DNA from: Podarcis cretensis
Taxonomy: Eukaryota
Length of the DNA stretch: 64,000 nucleotides
Assembly (NCBI GenBank): GCA_951804945.1
Contig: OX638157.1
Location: 51,212,001 to 51,276,000 of the forward strand
Direction of reading: 5' to 3'
A program made the translations under genes and the position numbers. The notes under the pieces are model-generated. The model had not been told where the DNA came from, did not search any database, and was given only the letters and a program-made list of their open reading frames with translations. Positions 23,686 through 36,696 of this stretch are shown in pieces (the stretch's first letter is position 1; each line of letters starts with the position of its first letter).

Positions 23686-26600
23686 TTATATTTATTAATC
23701 ACCTCATAAAAATTATCTAGGTGGTATGGAGGTCATAAGACATAGATCATTTTGGCCATGTAATAGCTGGTGTTATCATGGCTGTGCAAAGGTGGTAATA
23801 GGCCCAGGTCAAGTGGAAAATATAGGTCCCATTTCAAAACACACACACGCTTCCAATAATCTTTACCAAAGGGTTCCTTTGTCTCTCCCAAGGGAATTCT
23901 GAGTAGGCCTCCTCAACACTGTAAGCCCATGACAATTGGCCCACCTGGCTCTTGCTCTGTTTTGGCCTGGGTGTTATTTGGTATCTGCTTCATGGCCACA
24001 GACAAGAGCAGTACTTATGTGGCCAAAGTCTATTCAAGACTCTCAGGATAATTTACCATACAAAAGACAAATTCTCCAGAGCAAAAGGGAGAAGATGATT
24101 TTCGTTCTTGAAATTGCCAGATAAGCAGGCTAAGCAAGATGCCGGAAGTATAGGAAAGAGTGGATATGCTGTAATTGCTAGGCAACTCCCAAGTACTGTC
24201 CCCTCACGTGCTCATCCAGTTGGAGTCCAAGAGCAGTGTAGTCTTTCCTGGGTAGAAACACTGCCTGCAGTATAGCCCTGAGGTGTGCGGGCTTAATTGG
24301 GAATCCATTAAGGTGTGAGATTCTACAGCCAGGTGATACATTTGTAGGAGAAGCTCTGTGGCATGTGGGGCTTCTTGGCACTGAACTATTCCCCATGTGT
24401 TTGGCAGTGCCGCATATGTTTCTAGCTCTCTAACATCTTCTTTTTTGGCTAGATAAGTTTGTCTAAATTTGCAAAATATTTAGTCTGTTTCTGATGAATA
24501 ATTCAAAAAATACCTAAGGATGAATTGCTTGAAATGTCTATAAAGTGTATTTGCATAAAATTCTCCCTTTTTCGTTTTGGACCAACTGTCCAGTTTTATA
24601 GTGCACTTTGATCTTCTTGTTGTAAATGTTGTTTAAAGAATGTTTGGGCGGCATTCATTAAATTTAACTAGACATTAGATTAAGACTGTGGTGCAATGCA
24701 GTGAGGATGAAATCATTATACCAGCTGGAACACAGTGGTTAAAAAGATATGATAGAGGGAGCTGGGTTGTATCAAGGCAATACTTGGTAGAAAAGAAAAT
24801 TTGTAAAAGGAGTTTGGTGAGTGCTGGAAGCAATCAAGAATGAAAATGGATGGAATCCAAAACATGCCTACTTAAAACTTTCTCTGTAGCTTAAGCAACA
24901 GCTCCAGCTATAAAGATAATCTGTTTGGTCTGGGAAAATGGCTTTTGTCCAGTTTTGTGCTTTTGTCTAAATAACTTAAGATCATCTTAAAAGCGGTGTT
25001 TGCTTTCCTCTGTTTTGACATTTCTTTTCATTCACTAAAAATTTTCCCAGTGCCTTATGTTACATTCTCAGTGATAAGCATGTCTAACTGGTAGAATTTC
25101 AGTGCCAGTTTGGCACTTTGAACTTGTGTCCTTATAGCATTCCACTGATGAGATTGTGATTTCCTAGAAGGTTTCTTGTTCTTGATAAATTACAAAAATT
25201 GGGGTCTTTTTTTTAGAGGTACCAGAAGGGAAGAATTTAAGTGTGATGTGTTCAGTGCAGGGGAGGGGAGGGCAGAATATTTATCCCTTTGAAATCCTAT
25301 AGAAGACACTAACAATAACTGAATATTGTTAGCTCTAACTCATATATTTGGCTTTCGCTTTCCTGCCTGACTCACACCCTTACACATTAAAAATAACTAG
25401 GCACCCCAGATTCTGCAGCCAAGACAGGACTGAATGGTTCAGCTCATATCAGATAATTTTGAGAGTGTGGGTGGAGGAATCATTTTCCTAATCTGGCCTG
25501 GGGAAAGAATTTAGTTTGGAAAATCTGATCTGAAGTGATGCTTGAGAAACCTAGCTCTGATGAAAGAGATGGCAAGCCAGAGCTTAAATGGGAGGGAGAA
25601 GGCAAGAAGAAGAAAAACTTGATGGGGATTGGGTATCTTTGGTTCAGGGATCTGACTTTGTTCCTACGTAACTTATCTTTCATTAACGTACAGGGAAACT
25701 TGTGTATCACTGTGAATGCATGTGGTATGGAGAGGCTTATTGCCTCTGAGATAGGAGTGAGTATCTTCAGTACACAACCCCGATATGAGCCTTGGGGGGA
25801 GGAGTCCCCCTTCCTTAACTCATAGCCCCATAGCATTATCACACTACCTTCACAGTGAGATTTGAGCTCCTTTGCCCCTGTAAATTAGTTAAGGAAATGT
25901 TGCTGTTTGTTATTTAAGAAAACATTTATTTTGATTAGTAGGACTCTGGGCTTGATGCTTTTCTGTACTTGCAGCTTTGAACAAGCACACGAAGGAAGTA
26001 TTTTAGTTAAGAGAATCTATGCTTTGCCAAATGATTTAAAAAAAAAAAAAGCACATCGGAGAACTGTGGGACCAACACTTGAAGGATACAAATATGATGC
26101 ATCCTTCAAGATAAATCTTTAGGAATATGAAAAATGCAAGTATACAGATTAACTGAGAATTCATACCATCTGAGTGTTCCTATTTATCAGAGGTAGTTCT
26201 GGAAGCTGTCACTGATAAATCTTTGTGCCTGTTTTGCCTCTTAAAGACCAGTTTTGAATAAAAAATTAGGATTCATCAGCTTTCTTTTCACTATGTTAAG
26301 CAAACTGAGAATTAAAATGAATTACTATGGGCAGTTTACTAATATATCCTGTTTCAGAAACCAAAGCACAACACCCTTTACAGAAGAAGATTAAAACCTA
26401 CAGCTTAGCTTGCCAACTTTCCAGTTGGCCTCTATGGCTGTGCCTTTTTCAGAGGTGTAATCTGCAATGATCAGAAATGAGCTGTGATGAAGCCACGGTT
26501 AAAGAAGCAGCATAGCAGACAGAGATGAGACTTCATAAGGTTATCATATTGGATCTTGGCGAGGCAACAGTATGTTAAAAGTACACTAGTGTCTGTGAAA

Positions 26601-27780
26601 AGATTAATGGTATGAGGTTTACCTATATTCAGATCAGAAAGAAGCATCATTGTTTGCTTCTAGTTTGATAAGAAAGATTTTAATGTCCAGAGGCTGAAAA
26701 AGCCAGCTATTTGTTTTGTTGGCTATATATCAAGCAAGATCTAAATGATTTCCCAGTGCATATGCCCTCATATAGGGAATCTGTGGTTATACAGAAATTG
26801 GTACTATTCTCAGGTGGAGAGTTGGAATTGTAACATTGTGCCAAATTCCCATAAGCTGGCACTGCAGCACATGCATTCTCAAAACTCCCGTGGCAGCAAA
26901 TAATTGTTTCGCATTTATGCAGCCATTAATATGACAATAGTTGTGAGCCTTCTCAGCATAAATGTAATCCTCCAAATGTCAAATCAATGCAGTGCTATCT
27001 CACTTGACTCAGTGATAGAGAAACTACATAGAATGGTGGGAATTATAATATTTGGAGGTGATGAGGTTTTACCCAGTTAGTGCTCTCTTCTAGTGTGTCC
27101 ATGTTTTGACCGTCTACTCTCTAAAGGGCTGTTGACAACCTCACATTATTTTACTCTGAATTAATTAGTCTGACATTATCATTACCTTTTGCTCTGTCTT
27201 CATACTCACTAATGAATTTGGGCACTTTCTCCGACCATTTAATGCAGGTAAATTAACACCATAAGTCAATGTGTTCAAAAAAATGCATATGAACATACTT
27301 CTGCATAGGGAGCAGTGCTTAGAGGGTTCATTTTAAAAAGAAATTAGTTATATTTCACCCTCTCCAAAAAGGAATTAATCCTTTTTCAGTTCAATTTATA
27401 GATTAATTCATAATTCATTCACAAGATCCTCAGAATTTTTTCAGCCTTCAGAATTTTACAAGCTGCTCTGCTAAATTATATAATATACATTAAAAGGCTA
27501 AGAAAACAATTTCTTATTTTTCCTAACAATTATGATTTTTAGAATTAAACGGTGGCATCACTTTTCAGATAGGTAAAAATGTAAACACAAGAGCCACAAT
27601 GAAACCGAAAGTTTTGTACAGTGCATGCAAATGGTAAATGGAGCCAGAAAAAAACTGAGTGAGGATATGCAGGCAAAAGGAGGCAGAGTTTTGAATGTGA
27701 CTCTCTTACTTTTGTACAGTAGGCTATTATTCCAGCCACACAAGTGTCAGCAGTTTCTATAGGGCAGGGTATAAATAAAT

Positions 27781-27824
<44 letters not shown>

Positions 27825-27825
27825 T
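27781..27825. repeat. (TAC)n microsatellite
   Basis: Perfect TAC run. Confidence 0.95.
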
Positions 27826-29358
27826 AGAACCAGTACATCTTTCTGCCCTGTATCCAGGCAAACAGGATGCATTATCACAGTTAACTGACACGCTGCAGCC
27901 AAGCAAAGTATTTGAGGGTGCAAAGCAGAATGAGTGAGAGAGATGAACTGGGGAAAGTGAGTGTGGCCTGAGAAGATTCCAGAGGGCAGGATACACAGTC
28001 ATGGAGGATGGCATTCAGCCCCCAGGTCTGAGGCTCCCCATCCCTCACATAGATAATCACAGTGAGTTCTGCAATATTGTCACTGGAGGGCAAGAAAATC
28101 ATTCTACAATGTCATGGCAGCCAGGTAAACGTCACTTCACACATATTTGTCTCTCCAGCTGCATTGTACCTGAAGCATCAAGCAAAGTAGAATCAGATGT
28201 ACAGCCTGTGAAGAAGATTGCAAAGTTTGGCATCTGTTATGGCTAGGCAGAGTGAACATTTTCACCGATGACAGATTTGTTCTGACCTAATCTGTCAAAA
28301 TCACTGTGCCTGTGTCGTTATTCACAGCTGGTGGGCAGTTTGTTTTTTTTAATGTTTTACGTTCCTTACCGGCATTCTAGTGATTGCAACTAGAAACTAT
28401 CAGGTTTTGGTACACAGCAGCCCCTTTTGTCATAGACCATTTGATCAAAACCGTGCAGTTTGGTCTTGCAGACCAACATGGCCTACATATTGATATTCAA
28501 TGTTCACCTGCATCTATACAAGCTTTATAAAGGTATAACATATTTGAAGTTGGAAGAATAAGATGTTGCTCTATGCCTGCTGTTTATGTTTTGTGTATGT
28601 ATGTATTTCTAAAAAAGCAAGGATATTTTCAGCTAAAGAAAGAAAATTCATATTATTTCTACTCTAAAACCTATTTCCATTAACTAACATATAACACAGA
28701 TGCTATTTGAATATTTGCAACACCAAATGGTTATCACTCATTTGTGTTCTATTAATTTTTTGTTTGCGATTTATTTCTGTATTATTTTGTCATACTCTGA
28801 AATGATCCAGTTTTGTTTTTGCATTTCCTGAGAGCCTTTATTTTTACCCCTATGAAATGACAATTACCTATTCTGTGAGATTCATTAGACTCTGTGTCTT
28901 GTGGAATTATTTATTAGTAGGAAAATTAAGCATATGCTCATTATGTTGGCAGCTAGTTTAGCTTTAAACTCAGATGTTGTTGCCTGTAGTTAAAGCATAT
29001 TGCATTAATTCATAAATAATATTTTGTAGTTGAGCTACAAAAAACATAATCTGTCCATCTAGGTAGATAATTCTTACTCTTTCAAAATAAGCAACTAAAG
29101 TATTTACACTAATAGCAATGCAAGCATTTTATGAAACTGGAGAGCTGGGCCGACAGTGAGATATGACAACCTGAATGTGCCAATTAGATCAGAAATTTCA
29201 TCAAGAGTGCATAGAGAGCCAACCTGAGTCACAACTTTCCAGATATCAGTTTTGAATTTAGTTTTAAATGCCAGGGCTGAATCCTTGCCCATGTGAAGCA
29301 ATAAAAACAGAGTGCCAATGAATATATTCAGACAGTATTTTATTCACCGCTAGTTAAG

Positions 29359-29426
29359 CCTGGCGTGCTGTGGTCCATGGGGTCACGAAGAGTCGGACAC
29401 GACTAAACGACTAAAGAACAACAACA
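29359..29426 (+). mobile_element. Extremely 5'-truncated Bov-B (RTE) LINE
   Basis: cctggcgtgctgtggtccatggggtcacgaagagtcggacacgactaaacgactaa + (CAA)n is the Bov-B 3' terminus; TSD agttaag at 29352-29358 / 29427-29433. Confidence 0.9.
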
Positions 29427-29841
29427 AGTTAAGACATTGTACCCCAGTACACCTAGGATTATGGGACCATGTTCTGTTTTCTTGGTTTATCCAGGCTTTG
29501 CTATTGGAGCTTGGGTGGCCAAGTGATCTGTTCCTTCAGCAGTGAAACAGCTTGGACTGACAGCTGGAGACTATAGCCCTTCCTGGCTCTCTGCCAGGTC
29601 TTGATCTGGGCAGATACTTACATTTAATTCCTCCTCCTCCCATGTAGCTTCTCATGTACACTTTGTCAGTGGCCATGAAGCTTCTGCCTGCCTCACAGTC
29701 TCCTCTGCTCCTGTGACCCTGAAGGGGACAAATGGGAGTCCAAGGAACCCAGGTAATTCAGAATTGCCTGGAATGGTATCTTTCAGCCATCAGGGGTGTT
29801 AATCCTGTGAGCCCCTCCATCATAGGCTCATGCTGTATATA

Positions 29842-30080
29842 CAGTGGTACCTCGGGTTAAGTACTTAATTCGTTCCGGAGGTCCGTTCTTAACCTGAAAC
29901 TGTTCTTAACCTGAAGCACCACTTTAGCTAATGGGGCCTCCTGCTGCTGCCATGCCGCCGGAACACAATTTCTGTTCTCATCCTGAAGCAAAGTTCTTAA
30001 CCTGAGGGTTAAGCGGGTTAGCGGAGTCTATAACCTGAAGCATATGTAACCTGAAGCGTATATAACCCAAGGTACCACTG
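29842..30080. mobile_element. Tc1/mariner (Tigger/pogo-like) MITE, both TIRs present
   Basis: TA-CAGTGGTACCTCGGGTTA ... TAACCCAAGGTACCACTG-TA; internal repeats of taacctgaa. Confidence 0.9.
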
Positions 30081-31517
30081 TATGTGTAAATAAATCATAT
30101 GTCATAGAGACACCATAGTCTCTGCTGTCCCTCATTCTTAGGAAACTGAACCCCAGGTAAGTGCCCAGAACCCCTGGAATATTGCACTGCTGAGAGATTG
30201 GGGTGGTGTGCAACAATATATAGTGAACTATAAGAACACTTTTACTTTCATAATTATTTTTCTGATATTAAAAAATTGTACAGTAGCATCTTTTCTGATA
30301 TGTTCAACTTTGGTGAAATTTTGTTCCTTCACTGTAATTTTTTAGGGTGCTTCATTCATCATATGAATTGACTTTCTGTGACCAACATTGTTCTGTGTGA
30401 GAACAACTGTGTATATCACAAAACAGATGGATCACTATAGTGATGCCTGGTATGTCAGCCTAAGGCTGTAGCTGACCCTTGTTATTTCTGAGAAAGCAAA
30501 AGGGAAAATCTCTGCCTGAATTGGCCTGACGCAAAAAGGAGATACAGCACATGTCAGACCAGACCCTAAGTGGAATTCACCACACGTACTACAATGTCTC
30601 ATAAAGAGGCAGAGCATAGTTCTGCAAACAGTGAATCACTTCACAGACATGTTGTGATTCGCTTAAACACCAGAGCATGGTGCCAGCCAATGCTTAGAAG
30701 ATCAAGAAAAGAATTATATAGGGATGTATGAAAAGCTTCGAAGAATTGAAACCCTGTTTTTAAAAAGAAAGGAAAAGCTGCCTTTGAAATGACTTCAGAT
30801 TTTTTGCCTCAGTAGGACTTTTCAAATTTCCATAGTATACATTTGCCTTGCAACATTGGAAACAATCCTGACATCACACATCTTCCATCACTTACCGTAT
30901 CCTTTCATTCAAATCTAGTATTCCATCCCTCTGAATGATGTAACCTACCTTCTGCTTTCTAGCACTCCAACCTCCTTCCAGGGTCACTGGAGCTGGGGGT
31001 GGGGAGAACAGAACATCCCCCAAAGCCTCCACTCCAATTTCCCACCTAAATAAGGACCACAATGTTCCTATCCACAAGACACCTGCTGTGTCAAAGAAAT
31101 AATTTTGAGGCCTGCAAAAAAGTGATGGCAGATAGATCAGCAAAGTCAGGAGGAAGAGACACTGAAAGTCCAGTTTGAAACCAGTACCAGTTGAAAGGGC
31201 CATCACCTTTCCACCATCTAAAAGACTTCAGGTTTTTCACCATGAATACCCTAGCAGCATACAGAGTTCTTATTACAGAGCTATCAATAAAGGCAAAATA
31301 GTGAGTGAAAAATCGAATGAAGTAACCTGCAAATAGATTAAAAAATGGGGAAATTAATTTATGATGTCAAAATCCTGTCAGCCAGTGGGGTTGGGGGTTC
31401 AGTCTTTCTCTGGCATTACAGGTTTTAGCTAACTTTAAAATGCCTAAAAGTCCATAAAAATGCAAGCTATAGGGGAACCATATATAAAGTTATGGTTCCT
31501 TTTTTCTACAGCTATTA

Positions 31518-32220
31518 ACACACACACAGCTTTATTGCGGTCCATAGACCCAAAATACACAGTACAATAATAGACTATATTAACAGTTATTAAGGTGTAA
31601 GTTTAGCCTTGCTAGCCAACAGAGGAACTTGTAGTCTGTGCCTACTGATTTCTGATTTTTACTGCCTCTGAGAAGAATTTTGCTATAGCCAATGTAATAG
31701 TATCAATCTTATCCTCAATGAGAACCTTGAAATGAAAAGTATCAGCAATTCCAGGTTATTCTGTTAATATTGGATTGATTAGATGCTGTCCAACCTGATT
31801 ATACAGACAACAGTGTAATAAAATTTGTTTCATACATTCAACGTCCTGGGAACATGGGCATAGCCTATCTTGGTATGGGACACCAGCCAATCTTCCCCTC
31901 AGCACTTCAGATGGTAAAACATTTAATCTGGTTTTAGAAAACAGATGACAATAGCTAGATATGGTCAAATTCTTAAGGTAGGGTGATAACAGAAACCTTG
32001 TAGGTAATGGATTCCTGAAACAGATGGGCCACAGGTCACATGTGAGCAAGATCATAATCACTAAAGGCAGTATCCCATAACATCTGTTTCACAGTTTTGA
32101 GGGCAGTATCATACCCCAGGTGGGAAAGAAAAGATGGTGAAAGACCTATTGAGGAGGCCTTACACACCATGGTTTTTGACCAGGATCTGTTGTACTCCTC
32201 ATTTATCAAATGAAGGGCTA
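31518..32220 (-). mobile_element. 5'-truncated non-LTR retrotransposon, RTE-X-like
   Basis: ORF 31756..32061 contains RLNVLPSEVLRGR..VPYQDRLCPC..VECMKQILLHCCLY, a degenerate C-terminal zinc knuckle; 3' end ggtctatggaccgcAATAAAgc(TG)n. Confidence 0.7.
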
Positions 32221-32329
32221 TTAACTAACTGTTGGCAAAACACTGAATTTTAAACTTCAGGTGAAATCCCAATTGCAAAACATATATATGTAAGATCGAC
32301 CACACATAAAACAGCCATGCTTTCAGATT

Positions 32330-32848
32330 GTTATTGTTGTTTAGTCATTTAATCATGTCTGACTCTTCGTGACCTCATGGACCAGAGCACGCCAGGCACT
32401 CCTGTCTTCCACTGCCTCCTGCAGTTTGGTCAAACTCATGCTGGTAGCTTCGAGAACACTATCCAACCATCTCGTCCTCTGTCGTCCCCTTCTCCTTGTG
32501 CCCTCCATCTTTCCCAACATCAGGGTCTTTTCCAGGGAGTCTTCTCTTCTCATGAGGTGGTCAAAGTATTGGAGCCTCAGCTTCAGGATCTGCCCTTCCA
32601 GTGAGCACAGGGCTGATTTCCTTCAAAACGAATAGGTTTGATCTTCTTGCAGTCCAGGGGACTCTCAAGAGTCTCCTCCAGCACCATAATTCAAAAGCAT
32701 CAATTATTTGGCGATCAGCCTTCTTTATGGTCCAGCTCTCACTTCCATACATCCCTTCCCTGGAAAACCATAGCTTTAACTATACGGACCTTTGTTGGCA
32801 AGGTGATGTCTCTGCTTTTTAAGATGCTGTCTAGGTTTGTCATTGCTG
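32330..32848 (-). mobile_element. Bov-B (RTE) LINE, 5'-truncated
   Basis: MYGSESWTIKKADRQIIDAFELWCWRRLLRVPWTARRSN and MRREDSLEKTLMLGKMEGTRRRGRQRTRWLD are Bov-B ORF C-terminal motifs; (CAA)-like tail; TSD ttcagatt at 32322-32329 / 32849-32856. Confidence 0.95.
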
Positions 32849-33851
32849 TTCAGATTACCTCACTTCAACTCAAACAATGCTTCCCCATGGTGGCTGTTCA
32901 AATGAGGGAATTTTGAGTAGTGTTTTGATTTGTACTGTAAAACTAAACCACAGCTCATGTGTACTTCAGGGTAGATGCTGAGTAACACTCATTAATTTCA
33001 AAGGAATTTTGAAGACTGCTTGAAGTACATGATGTGCGGATTATAGGCCAGGAAGCAGCCTGGGTTTTCCTCACACAAGTGAACAACATGTGTACCCAAA
33101 GGAAGAATAGGCTGTAAAGGTAAAATATGTCCAGTCAGATAACAATCTATTATGGTAACTGTCCAATTGCTTGTCATGTTAATAAGGGGGTTGCTTTAAT
33201 TAAGCAATAAGACATGACAGGTGTGAATTACAATCTTATCAGTTTTATTCAGGGTATTGTTAGGCAAGAGGCTAAAGGCCAAGTGCCATTCAGTGCGGGT
33301 GGCATAAATTATTGCTCGGTAATCTAAATGCAATATTGCAATTATGAAAAAAAAAATTAAATCTTTTTCAAATAAGAATGTAAAGAAATATTTATATAGG
33401 TTATATTTTTTCACTGAAACTATGTGGCTCATTGTTCACCCATACACCTCTTTGAAGGCCTCTCATTTGTAAAGCCCTTAAAATTCATCTCAGGTCACAA
33501 AGAAAGTAACTTGTTTTAAAAACCTGCATTTTAAAAATCTCTCTTTCTAGCAGCATCAAAGGGGATGTGAATGGGGAAAGAACTGAACAGCAGGAAAGAG
33601 AATGTTCCTACTGGTTTTATCTGCTACAGAGCCCTGAAGACAGTAAAACTTCAAATGGAGGCAATCATTTTGAAAAAAGTTTTGCGTTGATATAGTTTTG
33701 TCTCCTTCTACTCAGATAGGACTGACAACGCCAAAGCAGCTTCTCTCCCCCCACCCCACCCCACCTGTCATGTATGGTGCACACCAACCTTTTTTCATTT
33801 ACACGCAATCATTTAGGATATCTAGACATTTTACCTTTTTTGTTATGAACT

Positions 33852-35330
33852 AACCTATTACCACATTTCCTGCTTTGGATCCCACTTTGATTTCATTCTT
33901 CATCTCAAGGTCACTCTTTGGAGGGTGGGCTAGTATCACCATCTGGCATCCACAATTCTGTGAAGGAGTCTGCTCCTTTGTGGGGTTCTCACTTGTTGAC
34001 CGATATGCTCTCTTTGACATGCAGAGCGACACCACTTACCACACACGCTTCCCTGTCATTCCTATTTTTAGAGATAACAGTGTCTCACTAGGTCCCTCCA
34101 TTCAAGGTTCCATTATGCCCACTATATTTATGCTCTGCTTTGATACCAAGCTCTACAGTACCATCACCTTGGCTTGGAAGGTGTGTCAGCATATACCGTA
34201 AATACCTATACAGTGTCTCCCTCCAGAGGTATCTGGCATGTAGATTGTACACTATGGCACTTGGGCTACTTTGAATTGTTATCATATGCCCCTGTTCCAT
34301 ACTTCTCTTCCATTTGGACAAGCAAAAGCATTTCACAATATATCCTAGCATTATATATCCAAAACTGGACCCTCCTCAGCTCCTGTTGGCTTTTCTCCAG
34401 CAATAAGCCTAAAAGCTGCTCTGCTGCTTTTTTGTTTTATCTCAACAGCCTGCTTCCATTCTGGTTCAAGTGGAGCCTGCTTTTTTTTGCACAGGCCTGT
34501 CTTGTTGCAAAACATTCCCCAGTACCAGTAAATCCAAATAACTCTTCCTGACACCACTGTCTGATCCATTCATGTCAGGCTGGTTCTGTACAGGCAAAAC
34601 TACATTGAACATCCTGGCTTTCAGCCTCTTATTTAGCAACCCAAATCTTTCTTCCAGGACAGGGCAGGGCATCATAACCACTGACTTATTCATGACCACT
34701 TACTCCACCCCAGCTCTGTCTGTCAGGTTTTCTAGATGTCACATGATATCTGTAGCTTTCATACAAGGCAGGCAAGTCACGATGCAGTCAGCATGCATTT
34801 CACAAACTCACCTATTATCTACTACAATAAGCCCTCCACCCCCAAATAACATAGCTGCTCATCCCAAAAATAATTGGTTCCTTCTAAAGGATTATTTCCT
34901 TCTTCTTCTGAGTGTTACCATCCTTCCCCCAAGACACACTATAAGAGCAGAGGAGATGCCACCTTGGCAGTGGAAAGCTGCTACTACATCCCTGAAGGTT
35001 TCATCCACCAATCTACCTGCCTCTCTCAGCTTCACCAAGTCAGTTACCTTATCCTCAAGGAAAGAAATTGTGTTCCCTGAAGAGCATACAGCTAGTGTTC
35101 AGCAGGCAGGTAGCTGTACATGTGACACTCTGTACAACATACTGGATATCCTCCACACCCCTGCTGGATTTCTACCTGCATCCCTGTTATCGTTGGTTGT
35201 CGATAATTTACTTTGAAGTTTGGGATATGTTAGGTCCGAAGCAAGGAGGGCATAATCTGGCCTGGCCTCTCCCTGCTGCCCAATTTGCCCTGCTACCTAA
35301 CTCAGTTCTTACCTTGTTGCTTCATTATTG
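33852..35330 (-). mobile_element. Old CR1 LINE 5' portion: 5' UTR, ORF1 (Zn finger plus SGNH-esterase-like domain) and start of ORF2 endonuclease
   Basis: From ATG near 35181, with frameshifts: MQVEIQQG..GYPVCCTECHMYSYLP..FLEDKVTDLVKLREAGRLVDETFRD; then VTCLP, LEERFGLLNKRLKAR, GLHLNQNGSRLL; then APE-like INIVGI.E, DRE..VVSGVALHVKE, SDLEMKNEI..GNVVIG. Confidence 0.75.
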
Positions 35331-36696
35331 AGGCCAATAATGCTGGGATTCCACTCTTGGTCATAGAGTTTGTATGATGACCAGGAAAACACCCCATTAA
35401 ATTAAGTTATGGAACACAATGGGTAATAAAGTGTGTGTAGTATATGCTTTCATTCCAAAATAGGAATGCATTTAAGATTTGATTTGCAGTGACCTATCTT
35501 CTCACAAAAGAAGAAAGGAAAGGATTTGGATATGGAATCTAAAAATAGTTACATGTTAATTTAATAACTAGGCAGGTTTTATTCCATCTGCCAAGAAGAA
35601 TTTGAAAACCATTTCCTGCTGCCACTCACACTATGGAAATGTAAGACTTCTTTAGTGATGAAATCAAAGAGTCAATGATAAAGTCAGATGTTACAATTTA
35701 TTTCCTAAGATTCATATCAGTTACCTTGTGCGGTGAGTTGTAAGAGGTTATTTAAAATGGTCTATGCAGAAGAATTGGATGTTTGTCTATTTTGCTTTGT
35801 TATTAATGCCACACATAGAAGGGAACCAATAATATTTTTCTGGCTGCATATCAACAACACCACAATTTTGGCAGGCCACCTGAGCTACCTTATACCCCAA
35901 ACACATAAACTAGGTGTTCTGAATTCATATATTCTTTCCTGTCAGCTTTCTGGGGGTCATATACCACCTATATAGCATTTTCAGAAAATTTTCTTTTAAT
36001 ATATAGCAGGCCATAAATTTCATATCTTTTTGCCACAGTCTTTCCCAATCTTCCATCTGGTTTGAATACCCAAAGTCCTTTTGCCCATTTAACCATCACA
36101 TCTTTAATATCTTCATCCTTTAGTTCCCAATCCAACAATAATCTATAAGTTTTTGATAATTTTTATTTTATTTTATATTAATTATTTTTCCAATTTTGAC
36201 ATCTCTTTTTCAAACCCAATTTTTCTGTCTAGTTTAAACACATAATTCAGTTGATGATACTGTAGTAGCCAAGCCACACACAATGTCTTATCTCTTCAAT
36301 TTTTTAAAATTTAAGCTGATTATGTTCTTCAAACAGGATTTATTTATAAGTTGCCCAATTTGATTCTGTTTCTTTTCTTTATCAAGAAGGCCTCTAGCAG
36401 TGACAACCACCAAGGTGTCTTTGGTTCCAGCAAGTTTCTATATCTGTCCCATACTGTGTATCAAGATTTCCAAATTATATGATTTAGGAACACCCTATGT
36501 ACTTTCACTTTATTGTAACCCAAATACGCGGGCCTTCCATAATCTGTTATCCCATCCTTCTATAGCCATATAGGGTCATCCATTCTTTTAACCAACACAA
36601 ACATGATGCCTCGTAATAAAGCTTTAGGTCTAGCAAAGCGAAGCCCCCTCTTTCCTTTATATCCGTTAGAAGTTTATATCTAATTTGGGGTTTCTT

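Noticed and set aside
29438-30215. Possible old solo LTR (TG...CA) surrounding the MITE
   Set aside because: Terminal inverted repeat and TSD (acat/atat) are too weak to support.
34572-35216. 214-aa + strand ORF
   Set aside because: Antisense shadow of the degraded CR1 ORF1; Ser/Thr/Leu-rich with no recognisable domain.
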